From Hormiphora californensis (lineage: Eukaryota; Animalia; Ctenophora): a DNA stretch of 64,000 nt. The translations under genes were made by a program, and so were the position numbers. Positions 1 to 48,730 of the stretch are shown one piece after another. Within the stretch, counting starts at the first letter, position 1. Each line of letters opens with the position of its first letter. Location of the stretch: the NCBI GenBank assembly GCA_020137815.1, contig CM035354.1, positions 1 to 64,000 of the forward strand, in the 5' to 3' direction. Below the pieces are notes generated by a model. The model was given only the letters and a program-made list of their open reading frames with translations, was not told where the DNA came from and made no database searches.

Positions 1-256
1 GCCATTTGGGAGGCTGAGTGGAGTGGAACAGTAGTGCAGATGTATGCAACGAAGGTAAAAGGAGTATTAAAGGGCCGGGATTTGCATTGTTGATTATCTC
101 ACGTTTTCGAGACGTGCAGCCTCAGAGGCCAAGGGTTTGTATATTGGCATAGGAGTATGATCACGATTGAACTACTAGTTATGATTTACCGTGATTTAGT
201 TGATGTTAATGAATATTGAATTTGAATTTACTGCTATTTGACATATTCTATCCCAG

Positions 257-1837
257 ATTGCGGAGTCACGGGGGATGCAGGAGTGCTTGTTTCTCTCATT
301 CTCAGTGCCATCTCCAGCTTCATAGCGGTAGTAGGAGCAGGGGCAGTGATATGGTGGCAGATTGAAAGGGGATCCAGAATCAAATCTCAACTTCATATTG
401 GGCTAGCTATCACCGATATTGTTGCAGGTACAGTAATTTGAACCTTGTAACTTGGACATAAAACTAAGCTGACAGTAAAACAGTTGTAGAATCCTTCAAG
501 CTCTAAAGATCCCCTTCACCCCCCTGATTAACAAGCTCATCCCCCCTACTGTAGGTCTGGCAGGTGTTTGTTTCTGTTATACTCTCACCCTGGTAGATAC
601 CTGTGCCACCACCTCCCCAACCTTAACAGACAACTCTATGGAAACACTTCTAATAGCACAGAGTTACATATTCCTAGTTGCTTTCAAGATATCAGCCGGG
701 ATAGTGTGTTTTGTATCCATTCTGTTACCCCACACCACAGCAGCAGTACCCCGGTCGGTGGTAGGGTGGTGCCTGATCCTACACCTAACACACCTGATAA
801 CTACAGAAGTGGAGTTGCTGGGTTTCGAGCCAGCATCCTACTCTCTCCGACCATCTCTCCTTTACCTTCCTCAAAGTACTGATGAGTTCATGGTGGAGCA
901 CTTCAAGGAAATCCAGCCCTACGTGGAGTTGTATAAGAGCATTGTTCCCGTTACCATAGTAACCAGTGCGAGTCTAATATTGGCGTGTGCTGGCAAGCAC
1001 CACAGAACAGTTAACACCTTTCTAGTTCTGGTCAAACTAGTGCAACTACTGTGTGTTCCCGTCCTACTTATTGTTATTGAGGTGAATCCTAATGAGGTGA
1101 TGGGGAATACAATGTCTTCCCTCGCAATCAACTACTGCCTCGTGATCCTACCCCTCCTCCTGTTCTCTGCTCTACACCCCATCCTAGTGTCTCTATCTCA
1201 CTTCAAGTTGTGCAGTGCAGCGCAACTAGTGGGTGTGGATGTTGAGAAGACCCCAGAGGAGGCTCCTGAAGAGGTTGAGGAGGAGTATGTGTTTGATGAA
1301 AGTGATGTTGATCTTGATGCCATGCCAGAACTACATCTCCATGAAATGATACAGGACGCCTTGGATAACAAGCTGCCATCATTCTTCAGAAAGAAGGTGC
1401 TGAGAGATGAGAAGAAGGTGGATGAGTATGTGCAGGAGAGTCAGCAGAGAGCTGACGAGAGGAGAGACGAGATAGTACAGGTCCTAGAGGCGCGGACCAA
1501 GGAGAGAGAGTACCTGGTGAAACAGGCCCGGGATCAACTAAAGAAAGAAGGGAAGTTGGGGAGGGCGGCAGTTGCGGCTGGGTTAGCTGCTACTGCTAAC
1601 GGTGGTATTCCACCCACAAAGGCAAGGGAGGACCTGAACCTGGAGCTGGGACGAAAAGTTGTGGAGAAGAAGAAGAAGGGGGATAAGAAGGGGGAAACAG
1701 AGAAGAAGGGGGATAAGAAGGGGGAAACAGAGAGGGTGAAAGAGGAGAAGAAAGAAAGAAAGAAAGAGAAAAAGGGTAAGGAAGTTCCGCAAGAGGATGA
1801 AAATGAACCACCTACGTACGCCCAAGTAGAGAAATAA
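257..1837 (+). CDS. Divergent class-A-like 7TM receptor (GPCR-like) with a long charged C-terminal tail; spliced and 5' incomplete (exons 257-427 and 555-1837, possible upstream exon ending at 54)
   Basis: Acceptor cccag|257, donor gcag|gtacag at 427/428 and acceptor ctgtag|555 join in phase 1 into the 638-1837 ORF. Seven hydrophobic segments, including TM2 LHIGLAITD (LxxLAxxD-like), TM6 LLCVP and TM7 ALHP (NP-like), then ~210 aa of E/K-rich tail. Confidence 0.65.
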
Positions 1838-3119
1838 TTATTTAGTTACCCTAGAAGGAATTTGGTGACGCCTTACAACAACGAGAAGGAATTTGGTGAC
1901 GCCTCACAACGACGAGGTGACTGCCAACGAAGGAATGGGTTTTTAGAAAATTTGTGATCGGGAATTGTATATCTGTACTTGTTGTTTAACTTTTTAAAGA
2001 TCTTGTATGATTTTGATTACACTGATAAGCTGGTAGTTGGTTTCGTGTAGGGGTGGCTACGTCACCAAATAAGGTAGTTATTATACCATTATTACGTCGA
2101 CATCTCCTGCGTCACTCTTCCGGGATCAGCTTGATATCTAAACATTCCTTCTCTCGATCTGTCTTCCCTCTCTAAACAGTCCCCCCTTCCTTCCCTCTCT
2201 CTCTAAACAGTCCCTCCCTTCCTTCCCTCCCTCTCTACAAGTGATGGTCGCCACAGCAACTAAATATATACCTGCTGTAATTGTCGTACTGTCATGAGCT
2301 ACCAACGTGCCGCGTCAAGAAAACATCAACGCAGACCATTCTACATGTACTATTATAGCTAAAGTGAGGGGTGATGCGACGTATCTCAGGTTCCCATGAC
2401 GTCCATAGCGACCATTCAGTCAGGGTTGTTCCAGCTGAGAAACAGCTTTAGGGAATTCCAGGAAAACCACGATGGTCGACGCGGACAATGACGACAGTAA
2501 GACACTGAATGAAAAGAGTGTATGAAATAATGGCGGGGTACTATTATTTGTTTGATAGGGAGAGTTGACAGGGGAAACATTAGATGGGGATATTGAAATT
2601 GTTCTAACCCTCCTTTACATTTGTAAAACACAGTCCAGATAGGCAATATTGAGACAAACCTGTAGGTTTATACTGTAATAGAGCCCTGTAACTCTTTCTC
2701 TTCGCCGCGAGAGAGACTGATCTAAGCACTTCCGGGTCCCTCGATTGAAGGGTTGTAGTAACTTTAAGTAACGTTGTAGTAACTTACTAAGTTGAAAAAG
2801 AGATAATGTTTTGTAAAGGAGATAATGGTTGTAACGTCTACCAGAACAGCTAGCCAGAAGTTTGAGAAGAAAATGGTAGAAAAGAGAAAAGTGGTAACTG
2901 AGAAGAAAGATCTGAGAAAATCAAGGATTGAGTTCTAACCCTCCCTTTACAGGATCTAGCTAGGCAAGTTGTATCAATTTTTTAACCATTAATTATCACA
3001 TGCACAAAGAAAAAACAGCGATCTAAGTTTGATAGAGAATGTTATGCTGTGAAAAAACTTTTAAAAAACCACAACACAATCAACACTGTCTCTGCACTCA
3101 GATGGGCGCCGCTGTCTAT

Positions 3120-4213
3120 TCAATACTCATCCACACTTTTATAGTCAAAGGAGCCAGAATTTAAAAATAGATCCCTCCTGTTCCCGGCTCTTTGGTCGGC
3201 TGCCAGCTTGGCTTTGTTAGCCAGGAGACTGGATAGGACATCACTAACAGTGGTTTCTTGAGATGAGTTGGTGGACGCAGGACCCTCCACTACTCCTGCC
3301 CGTCTAGTTGGTAGAGGCCCTGGAATGAAGGGTTGTTAAATGTCGAGCAGTTGGTGTCCCAACAAAGAAGCTGAGAGATAGGACGAGGATGGGACGAGGG
3401 GGGTAGAGACTGGGAATTTGGGATGAGACAATTCAATGATCATGTACTAGCTGCCGGTACAATATTATTATTTGTACAGAAGGGGATAACCTTAACTGCA
3501 TGTAAACAACAATGAACAATGAACGTATTATTATTTCTAACCGTTAAAAAGTTGATCAGTCTATAACAGGGGGTCTGGCACATTCCAACACACTCGGTCT
3601 GTGATTTCTTCTTACTTGACGTCACTATGATCTGAGAATACGTCTGACTTGCTGGGTCTGAGGGAAAGGTCATTGAGTTGATGTAGTTGATGATTGAGTT
3701 TGACGTGATTGTGAACCACAATTTATAATGTTATTGATAGTATTGAACTAGTGCATGAGCTGATCAAAAGTCAAGTTTGTGCAAAAGATAGTAATTAGTG
3801 GTTGAGTGATTGTAGATATATCAATCATAATGATAATCTCATCAGATGTATGTGGTTTTAACATAACCCCAATTTTTTCCCCCTCTTCTCCTACCCCTGA
3901 CTCTGACTGGTAATCTTCCTTTTGGCTCTTATCCCCCTTCCCTATCCTTCCTCTCAACAATCTCAATTTTTCCTTTTCCTGGTACGACTTGTCCTCCTTT
4001 ACGACTTTCCCCACCTCTTGGGACGCTTTCTCCCTTTACTTTTTTCTTAAACCGAAACATTGTCCCCTAATTACCGGTGCACTGCTTGTTGACTGAGAAT
4101 TTTTTAACGTTTCAAAACCCGCGAATTTCCTCCCCCTTTTCACGTTTCCAAAAAAAACAGTACTCGGTGGGGCAGCAACGGATCTAGATAGTATGAGAAT
4201 CAGTGTAAGGTAT

Positions 4214-4248
<35 letters not shown>

Positions 4249-7200
4249 CGTTTTTTTTTTTGGGTGTGGGGGGTTTTTTTGGTTTTGGTTTCACAAAAAA
4301 AGGGGTATGTATGACAAAAAAAACACCCTAAATACCTTATGGGCACAATAGTGTTGTCCGACACAGGACACCCATGCAGCTGACAAACACTTGATATCTG
4401 CAGGTGATTGGAAAGACATACCGTTGTTGTTTCGTCTCCGGGTGTGTTGACTCAAAAGAGTCTTGAAAAAAGGGGAAAATGTCTCTTCCTTTTTATCTTT
4501 TCACGCGATCTGCCTTCCCCTTTTTTCTTAAAAACCCCCTCTTCTTCTTCTCTTTCAACGTCCTTTCATCTTCTCTTCATCCTCTCTGTTCCTCCCCGGA
4601 TCCACTGAGGTTATCCCGAATTGAGACCTCTTAAAGTTTTCCTTTCTGACTCTCTCCAGTTTCTCCTGAAGACCATGTTCCTCAGGGTTATCTTTCATTA
4701 ACCTCACAATCCCATCCAGTTTACAAAAATATTCTTCCTCTTGATCGTTTAGAAAGTTAGAGAGATTCACTTTTGGAGCGGTATCATTGGAGGGATTACC
4801 AGTACCACGTTGTAACCTCTCCTTCCCATGTTCCCTTCGTTTCGGTTTGGGGGGCGGTTGGTGGACAGACTGATCCGCAGACTCAGTAAACTTGACGTGT
4901 CTGTTTGCCATGTGAGCTGCATCTGTCACTGCTCTCTGTACTCCCTCTTGTTGGCGTGGGTGTACACCTGTCTTACTGGCTACTAACATCCTCTCTATAG
5001 CACAGAATATGCTACTCTCTCCCTCCTTTGGAACACCACTATCGGGTGGAGGGGCTGGAACGTGGTCTGGTGATGAGGTGGTGTCTAGTATCTGCTGGAG
5101 GGAGGGTGTTGTAAAGTCCTCAGATCCTAGAGGGGAGACCGTCTCCAAGGTAACATCACGCCGCAATTCAGAGGGATGTTGCTGGTGAGATATACTGTTG
5201 GGGTAGAGCAGGAAGGCGTGTACTGTTTCCCCATCAATGTCAATAGAACCAGTCTCTAGGAACCGGATTAACCATTCTTGGGTCGACTCTAGTGTAACAA
5301 CAACCACCTTCGTTTTCTCTCTCGTGACCTATGTAGAACTTGGTATTATGTACAATGTACAATGTATAACAGTGTAGAGTGTTAGAGGGCCGGGGCAAGA
5401 TTCCTGACCCAAAACAATGTCTGACAAAGTGTACCCATTTAGTAGGGGGACCACCATGGTACCCCCTCCCCCCTCTAGCGCCCCCTCCACCCTCCCCCAC
5501 CCCCTCTAGCGCCTCCTCCACCCTTCCTCTCTAGCGCCTCCTCCACCCTCCACCCTCCACCCTCCACCCTCCACCCTCCACCCTCCACCCTCCACCCTCC
5601 ACCCTCCACCCTCCACCCTCCACCCTCCACCCTCCACCCTCCACCCTCCACCCTCCACCCTCCACCCTCCACCCTCCACCCTCCACCCTCCACCCTCCAC
5701 CCTCCACCCTCCACCCTCCACCCTCTACCCTCCACCCTCCTCCCTCCACCCTCCACCCTCCACCCTCCACCCTCCACCCTCCACCCTCCACCCTCCACCC
5801 TCCACCCTCCACCCTCCACCCTCCACCCTCCACCCTCCACCCTCCACCCTCCACCCTCCACCCTCCACCCTCCACCCTCCACCCTCCACCCTCCACCCTC
5901 CACCCTCCACCCTCCACCCTCCACCCTCCACCCTCCACCCTCCACCCTCCACCCTCCACCCTCCACCCTCCACCCTCCACCCTCCACCCTCCACCCTCCA
6001 TCCTCCATCCTCCACCCTCTAGCATGAACTTACCGAGTTGGAGATGCGTTTTATTTTCTTGATTGGAAACTGTTTCTTTATGAGTGCTCGCATTACTGTG
6101 GCTACAGAGGTCGTCAGACTGACAGGTTTCAGAATCAGGTAGAACGTGCTAACTGCTTGATTTGAGGGTATCTCACGGACCTGCAGGTGAAGGGGTTGGT
6201 TACCATGTAACCATGGTTACGAAGGCGTAAGGGGTTGGTAATCATAGTTACCCCTCCCTTGCCAGCGGGGGTGTGTGGTAAATTGTGAGTGAGTGCCTTG
6301 CTCCCACTATATATCATGGCCCCACTGTGTAACCAATTAAACTGTGAATGTGTGTGGTAAACTGTGGGGGGATGCTGCATTGGAGGACTTCATGAAACTC
6401 ATTATAGTAGGCCAGGGTAGGATAGAAAGCAGGGACAAATTAATTGACCCAAAGGTAATAATAATGGGAGTCTGTTTTGGAACTGGTCTAGTTGTTATAC
6501 TACACTGGTTTTCCAGTAGTAGTAGTAACTGGATTTATAATAGGATTTGGTTCTAAACCTCCCTTTACATTTGTATACTACTGGATTCTAACCCTATTAT
6601 AGGGGTTGGTTCTAAACCTCCCTTTACATTTGTATACTACTGGATTCTAACCCTATTATTATAGGGGTTGGTTCTATTGACGTCAATCTAGGGTTAGAGA
6701 GGCTAGTTCAGCGATTACCTTCGACCGAAATTGAGCTCCGTAAATCATAGAACAGAGATGCAGAGAGAGAGAGAAAGAGAAAGAGAGAGAGAGAGAGTGT
6801 GTGTGTGATAGAGAAAACAAGGTTATGTTTTATGAGGCCAAGGAGTGAAGGAGATCAGGGAGATTGAGATGTGAAAAATATCAAACAAACAAACAAACAA
6901 ACAAACAAACAACTCACTGAACATCCTCCTGGCATGACGAGAGGTAATTTGGATTTTAGGAACTGTATATCGTTCTTCTCAGCACACACAACGAAACCAC
7001 GAGCTGCCTCCACAACTAGGAGAGAGAGATTGTTACGTTAACTAGGAGGGAGAGAGAGGGGAGGTTTAGTTAGAAAGGGTGGGTAACCAAATAATTGATA
7101 GGAGTTAAGCTGCCCAACAAAATAAAATCGCAGCTGCTGTAGTTCATAAACCTGATAGTATGCTGACGTATTTGAATTCCCTCTTGAGGAATGCAGAAAA

Positions 7201-8043
7201 GTGTTCTCGTTTAAGGAAGCCCTCTGACAACTTGTTCACATATAACAACTGAGAGTTGTTTCCTTCAGTTCGGAACTGTGCTGGTGAGACCTGCTCGTAA
7301 TATTCTGCTTCCAGTTCACTGACGTCAAGAGAGGACTCAGATTTATCAATTGAGTGTTTTGACCGGCCCCATCCTCCTGATCCCCCTCCTGGTCCCCCTC
7401 CTCCTGCACCTCCTGCATATCCCGAATCATGGGAACTCATCCGTCGAAGGGGCTGTGGCTTATCAACCCTCTCTTCGTCAAAGGTTGATTTGATACTTTT
7501 TGTATTTACTGTAGAGGAATGGGTAGTGGCAGGGCAACTACTAGCAATAACTGGGTTGTTGGAGTCTGGGTTGTCTGGATGCGCAGATGTATCCGGTAAG
7601 TGGCTAGCTGCCTTGGTATTTACAGGATCAGCAATTGACTGGTCACTGGTATAATTCACAGGAGCACCAATTGAGTTGTTAATTTCACCAATTGAGTTGT
7701 TAATTTCACCAATTGAGTTGTTACTGGGAGCACTATTAAAGTTGTTAATCGCAGCACTATTAGAGTGGTTAGTGGCACTAGTTGAGTGGTTAGTGGCAGC
7801 TCTCTCAGTCCAACTATGATCACGTGCAGGTGGTGATGGGGTAGTGAGGCGGATTCCTGGAACCTCCTCCTTTGGAGATGATAGAACGAAACTATACTGA
7901 GAGGCCCCTGCAGCAGTAACTGCAGAGTCTTTCGGTGCAAAACTCGCAAACAATGGGTGCGGAGGACGGAGGTGACTTTCACCGCGTGTATTGGGTATGA
8001 AGAAGGGTTTTCTTGATGATCGAGGTGCAGACCTATTGGCCAT
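3120..8043 (-). CDS. Multi-exon gene: low-complexity N-terminus plus two RRM-like domains resembling non-LTR ORF1 proteins (exons 8043-7152, 7015-6918, 6180-6034, 5328-~4606, last exon 3319-3120)
   Basis: Four consecutive GT-AG exons join in phase (1,0,0) to give ...LYVNKLSEGFLKREHFSAFLKREFKYVSILSVVEAARGFVVCAEKNDIQFL...FYLILKPVSLTTSVATVMRALIKKQFPIKKIKRISNSVTREKTKVVVVTLES...GSIDIDGETVHAF. The exon-1 donor (gtttat) is weak. The link from ~4606 to 3319 crosses low-quality sequence and is unresolved. Confidence 0.6.
5523..6018. repeat. (CCACCCT)n 7-bp tandem repeat, ~70 copies, intronic
   Basis: Read directly. It explains the GGGWRVE pseudo-ORFs and begins ~15 nt inside the donor at 6033 (minus strand). 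Confidence 0.95.
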
Positions 8044-8265
8044 GGGTCCTTACTAGGTCCATACACTGAGGGAGCTAGATACACAGCTCCTAGGGCTGAA
8101 GGAGGGGTGTTAACATGTGGTCAGGTGGGGTTATATTAGCCATCCAGGGAAATATAATCATTTTACTAACATTTATATAAGTACAGAGTCAATACAGCCT
8201 GCATATATATTTTCACAGCACTAACAATTTATTATAGTTAAGTATAGTTAGGCTACAATGAAAGC

Positions 8266-8543
<278 letters not shown>

Positions 8544-8677
8544 GTGTTGCGCCGATAAAGTGGTCTCGTTAAATCCAGGGTCAATTACACTCAGAGAGAA
8601 AAATGACAAAGAGTAAACATATGGAGTCTGAAACGTAAAGTAAAAAATACTACACTCAATACCTCACGATCCTCATA

Positions 8678-8911
8678 ACCCATACCCCATACCTCATACC
8701 CCATACCTCAAACCCCATACCCCATACCCCATACCCCATACCTCATACCTCATACCCCATACCTCATACCCCATACCTCATACCCAACACTCCATACCTC
8801 TTACCCCATACCTCATACCCCATGATACCCCACACCCTAATATATCAGCGGGGTATGGCATTACCCCACTCCCTACACCCTACTCCCCACTCCCCACACC
8901 CTACTCCCCAC
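8678..8911. repeat. (CCYCATA)n 7-bp tandem repeat followed by degenerate C-rich repeats
   Basis: ccccata/cctcata units read directly. Confidence 0.85.
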
Positions 8912-9057
8912 ACCAATATTTGGTTATTTGCTAGGAGATTATTATACATTAGAACTACTGCTACTACAAGAACACACAAACAATCAGTACAGTGGAATGT
9001 AACGGTGCAGTGTCTATAATAATGGACTCTATTCGATTTCGGAATTGAAAAAGAGTA

Positions 9058-9107
<50 letters not shown>

Positions 9108-11735
9108 TCTCCCCCCCCCCTTCTCTCTATCTATCTCTGCAGCGTTCTCATTCTGTGTATGGTAATAGCTCTGGCTAAACAATAACATGTGGTTTTGTCT
9201 AACCACTACGTAATACACGTTACAGAAAACGAAACAGTAGTTAAATACAGAATCCTGCTCCTTTTTTCACCGGTATAACAGGGGGAGTGGCGAGTGTTGT
9301 GCAAAGTGATTACAAAAAAACACATCGTAATCAGGTTGGTCATCCAAAAATTTGAACAACACCCTTTATAACCCGTATTGGGGCCAATACGTTATTTCCC
9401 GGGGTTGGGTTTTTTTCCCCCCTTTTTCTCCCCCTATTTCCTTTTCCCCTTTTTCCCCTTCCCCCTCTCTTCTCTCCCTCTCCTCTCTCTCCTCTCCCCT
9501 CCCCCTCTCTCCTTCCCCCTTCTCCCCTCTCTCTCTCTTCTCCCCTCTCCTCCCCCTCTCTCCCCCTCTCCTCTCTTTTCCACTTGCCATTGAGGTTAGA
9601 ACCGACTTGCCGGGGGGGAAAGGGCCCCAAAATTTATACCCTCTCACAATCCCATTTTAATAGAATTTCTATCCGCTTATCTTTTTATCTCTCTCCCTTT
9701 CTTTTTACATCATTGAGCAATGTCCCAATTCAAAATATTTCTGTAACCACTCCTTTTTCTCTTCATTAAACCTAACTTCTGTTTAAATGGGTGGGTTTGG
9801 GAGGGGTGTATTTTAGGATAGTGCTGCCCCGTGCTTGTTAGGGTTGGACGAAGGACTCCTGCCGCTCGGAGGTGTTCACTCAACTTCTTATCAGAGGTAT
9901 GTCTCCCAATATAAGTGGCTTCACACTTATTACACAGTAGTTTGTAGACAGCACCTCTCGATCAATGGACAAAGTTTACAATTAACAGGGTTATTCAGAC
10001 TACACTTAGGCGAGTCTAGTAGCCTCGAAGCAGTAAGGGTTGACCGTAGTGTACGCCCTGGCAGGAATGCAGGTGTTATGGGTAATTTCTTCTTTTTCAG
10101 GTAAGCACGCACTCGTTTGGAAACCAAATTTTCAAACTTGGTTATGGCATGAACCACTAAACCTCCAATTTTTAGAATTTTATCTCATCGGGAAGGTTAA
10201 ATTTCTGATCACATAGAAATGTCAAATCTCCGTACTACATGCTTTGGTGAGGCAACAGGAAATGATAAGATATCGCAATGAAAATGAACGTTTTAGTCTT
10301 TGCCGGTATATCATTCCGATTCAAAATTGTCTGAAAATCGTTCTATAACTGGCCCGAAGCTGTATCTCAAAAGGGAAAAATTCGACAGCTGTTTCAAGTT
10401 TTTAACATCTTTTAGTTATCTCCCGTTAGTACTCAAATTACCAATTCAGATGCAACTTTTAATTTCTGTGTCGAGTAAAGTCACCCACTCGCCTGACTGT
10501 ATTCGGGGAAATCGACCTCCTCTGGATCAGCTGCTTGGATATCAAATCACAAGGCTAGTGCAGTAGGGTTGGCTGCGTCACCAAATCACACTGCTAGTTT
10601 TATAGGGGTGGCTGCGTCACCAAATCACATCAGCAAAGGGAAACGATTCAAATGGTTACCCGGGCTACACAAGCGGCAGCGTTTTGTCAAACAAATGTTT
10701 CACTACCGCGGAGAGTAGACCGTCAGTGACAGAAATGTACAAAGAAATTTGAGGTTCTTATAGAAAACGTTGTTTTTCATATATGGAATGATCAGGGCCA
10801 GAGTTCTGAGAGTGAGTTGAACAATGGTCAGAACATTGAGACTCACTTTCAGTTCTCCCTGGTCAATTTGAGTGATCTTTTTGTTAAATAGTTTAGTTAT
10901 TTCTTTGCCATGCTACGGTGTGAGAACTGACAGACAATTGTTTCTCTCGTTGACATGCATTAAAGCTACTTCACCTCTCCATATTATAGGTTCTAGCTAA
11001 AACTTGTCAATTTAAGGTGCTGATATTTCTTACACAACAATCTGACATAGGAAATGAGTATACTTCTTGTAATAACCCTTTATTTGTTCATTTTGTAAAA
11101 CTGATCCAATTCCTACATACAAACTCAGTAATTCCAATCCCTGCAGAAGTGAAACCCTTGCCAACTCTTTCCAATGTTCCACTTCATTGCCATATATACC
11201 CCGATACATGAGCTAAGGTATTGGAATTATAGAGCTGAAGATGAAATGAGCAGGATGTTATTCATTGTGGTAGTATTGTTCATTATTTGCAACAGCACAA
11301 CACTGTGGTAGGAGTGTAGTTCCCTTCGTGCTACCCAGTTGTTGAACAGAAGAAACATCATCCAAACATACACCCCGTGCCTGAAGAAAGTTTAACCTCG
11401 GACGAAAAATGTCCCCTAAGCTGACTTCACTAGGGTCTTCAGATAGGTATTTGGAGTGGATCCATGGATATCTGTATACTTGTGTAAATGGGCCTTTCGG
11501 CAAAAAATATTAGCGAAATATTACAACAAATTCTCGTAATATCATAATAACTAGCATCTCTATCAAAGAGTAATAATCTCCGCTCAAAATAAAAAATATG
11601 GCAAATAATATCGTTCTGAAAATTTTCAATAAAGATTGCTAAGCAACAATTTTAAAGCTAGTCACACCTCAGCTCAGACGGGATATAATTTAAAATTAAA
11701 TTAGGATCCCAAAATTAAACAACCCAAAAAGGCCA

Positions 11736-11906
11736 CATTCGGACCCCAATTTACCGGAACCCTGATTTACCTTGGTGATGACATCCCCATTACGTGATGA
11801 CATCCCCTATTACTGTGCGCGGCTAGTGTAGGGGTGGCTGCGTCACCAATGATTTACCTGGCAAAACCCTTTTCCCCAAGCATCCCGGTAAATCGGGGTC
11901 CGACTG
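11736..11906. mobile_element. Small Tc1/mariner(pogo)-type MITE
   Basis: TIRs cattcggaccccaatttaccgg / ccggtaaatcggggtccgactg followed by TA; a related tttacc-repeat end occurs at ~28960. Confidence 0.6.
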
Positions 11907-12572
11907 TATATCGCTGAATCTAGAATTCATCGCGTTTCATAGTTTCACAACTTTTACCGAAGAATATGTAATTTATACATTCATAACTGCGTAACTGCGT
12001 AACTGAAGTAGGTATTCAATAACCATAATCTGATCGAGTTTCAAGAACTGCTGTGACTAAATATGACATTATCAAATAGAATTGAAAAATAATATTTTTT
12101 GCAAAAATACCAACCCATCAAATATATTTTTTCTGACGAGCTGTGTTTTAGCTTTGTGCTAATCTCTAAGCGATGAGGCATACTGAAGTTGGTGGCGTGC
12201 GTTGAGATTTCAATCGCGTGACACACACACTGATGTTCGAAGTTCGAAGTTTCGCGGAATTATGGAATCAACCATTTTTTACTGAGAAATCATTTCCAAG
12301 AGGCTAATTTCTTTACTGCTACATCTCTCGAGGTGTCCTTTTTAAGAACTGAGCTGTCAGCTCAATGCTCTGACCGCTGAGTTCTCGCGCTCCGAGAAAC
12401 GAGAATGGGTCAGGCCAATGCTCTGACAGGAACTGAGTCAATTTCATCATTTTTGGCTAATCTGGTCAAAGTTAATCCCAATTCACCAAAAATACCAACA
12501 ACTGTGAAATTGACTCAGTATGGATCACACGACCAACTTCAGTATGTCTCCTGCCTAATAGCTCCATGGTGT

Positions 12573-46672
<34,100 letters not shown>

Positions 46673-48070
46673 GATATGATCACCCTGCCTCCAGCTATAA
46701 AATAACAGTATAACGGTTATCAAAAGTCATGTTTTCAATCAGGAATCTTTCTATCTTGTCTACCAATCAGCTAGTTACTAGTATATCAAATACAAAGTAA
46801 TACAAGATTTAATAAGCAAAGATAGTATATCAAATAGATCATTCTCAAATTCTAACCCTGCTATGTTTTTTTGTAAAGCAATGAAGCATCTGGGCGAATG
46901 CCTAATTCGGCATTTACCCGGGCGGCGGGCAGGGATTAAATACATGTACAATGTAGAATCTCTCGGTAACAAAATTACCCTTCGCATGCTGCAGTAAGGT
47001 ATTAGGGGACACTTTAACATCCCTGTAAGGTTACAATAGAGGTCGCTATATAACCACTAGAATCTCAAGGGGGTAACTCGATGGCGAGCACAATCAAGCT
47101 CACAACTACAGAGGGGCCGAATCTCATTTGATCTGTTTGTACATCATGAAACAACGGCAGCGATTGTAAAGCCATATTATATTCTGAATCATATTGTGTG
47201 AGCCGTGGGTGTCTGTGAAGGTCTTCTACCGGAACAATCACAGGTGTGGTGGACCATAGCTGGCCACATTAATAATAATAATATTCCGCGCTTATATACC
47301 GCCCATACCCGACGGAAACATGTCAAAATATTGGCGATGTTCCGATGAGTCATCAGAGCGGTATATCCTAGAGTAAAAATATCGCACACGAACAATTCTG
47401 GTTGAAAAAGACAATATATGGAAAACCAAATTAACTGGACTTATCAAACTGGGGGAATAACTGGTCCCATAAACCTGTAGATATAATTTTAAACACGCTA
47501 TACTCACACCTGCTCAAAAAAGGATACCAGATAGTGATTTAATAACATGACTAGAGAGAGGATGACACTGATTGCCCGCAGACCTCACAACTACAACAAA
47601 CATTACAACTCAGCCATGGGTTCCCCATCACCCACTCCAAATGCACCAACGAAGAGATGTGTTTTCACATTCAAATAATTTATTTGTTACGTCTACAATT
47701 AAAACAATTTTATGCTAGATCAACGATTATTAGTTGGAGATTATTGTTGAAAAGCTTTAAGCTAGCATGATTGTTAAGATATTGCAGCTAAAAAAGGGGT
47801 TGCGAAAGTAAATTTATGTAGTCTTAATCCGAGAATCACTAAATACTGATATTTTTATTTATATTAATCACCACCCACAATCACAAACAGTTTATCTCTC
47901 CCTCTCTCTCCCTCTCTCTATCTCATATCTGGATTTATCCCAGTCAACCTGCTTTGCTTTGCTTTTTTCTTTCTCTCCCTCTATCTATCCTATCTTTATC
48001 TTCATCTTCATCTGATCTCTCTACCTTCAACTTGATCACAGATCCTTCTCTTATCAGATAAGAGAGATAA

Positions 48071-48130
<60 letters not shown>

Positions 48131-48646
48131 GCCTAATTACTAATGAAGTGATAGAACCCGTCAAATGGCCCATCTCACTCCTGATCAAGATTCAAGATAC
48201 ACACACACCGAATAACGGGGATACACAGTCAGAGCATTGCAGGCCTGACAGGGGATACACAGTATAACAGTGCAGTACACACTGAAGACTTGTGGAGGAT
48301 CTCGCGGAGGTAAACCGACACATGCACACCTTGCTTTGTCCACACCCTTTTTATCCACATGAAACATGGCCGAACTGCATGAGGTATGTGTTGGCCAATG
48401 TTGGAGGCAATGTGGTGAACGTGGAATATAAGGGACACATAAAGAGTTCAATAAGTTGTTTATCTGTACATAATTTATAACATTGGCCCAGGATTAGAAG
48501 TGTCACAGCCTAGTGGTGCTTGTAGTGAAGATACGGTAATGGCATTACAGTAGGTAACTAGTAAAACTGGGGCGCTCGTACCGATCGCAAATAGAGGGAT
48601 ATTTCTCAAGCAGTTCTCAAGCACTTGTGATACGTGATACCTACGA

Positions 48647-48730
48647 ATCACGTCGTCACACTGACGGATCACGTCGCCACACTGACGGATCACGTCGTCA
48701 CACTGACGGATCACGTCGTCACACTGACGA
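48647..48730. repeat. 21-bp tandem repeat x4
   Basis: atcacgtcgtcacactgacgg. Confidence 0.9.

Noticed and set aside
5475-6025. GGGWRVE repeat proteins
   Set aside because: Translation of a 7-bp tandem repeat lying inside an intron.
10680-11503. Possible decayed coding sequence on the minus strand
   Set aside because: Multiple stops and no recognisable motif; it cannot be supported without a homology search.
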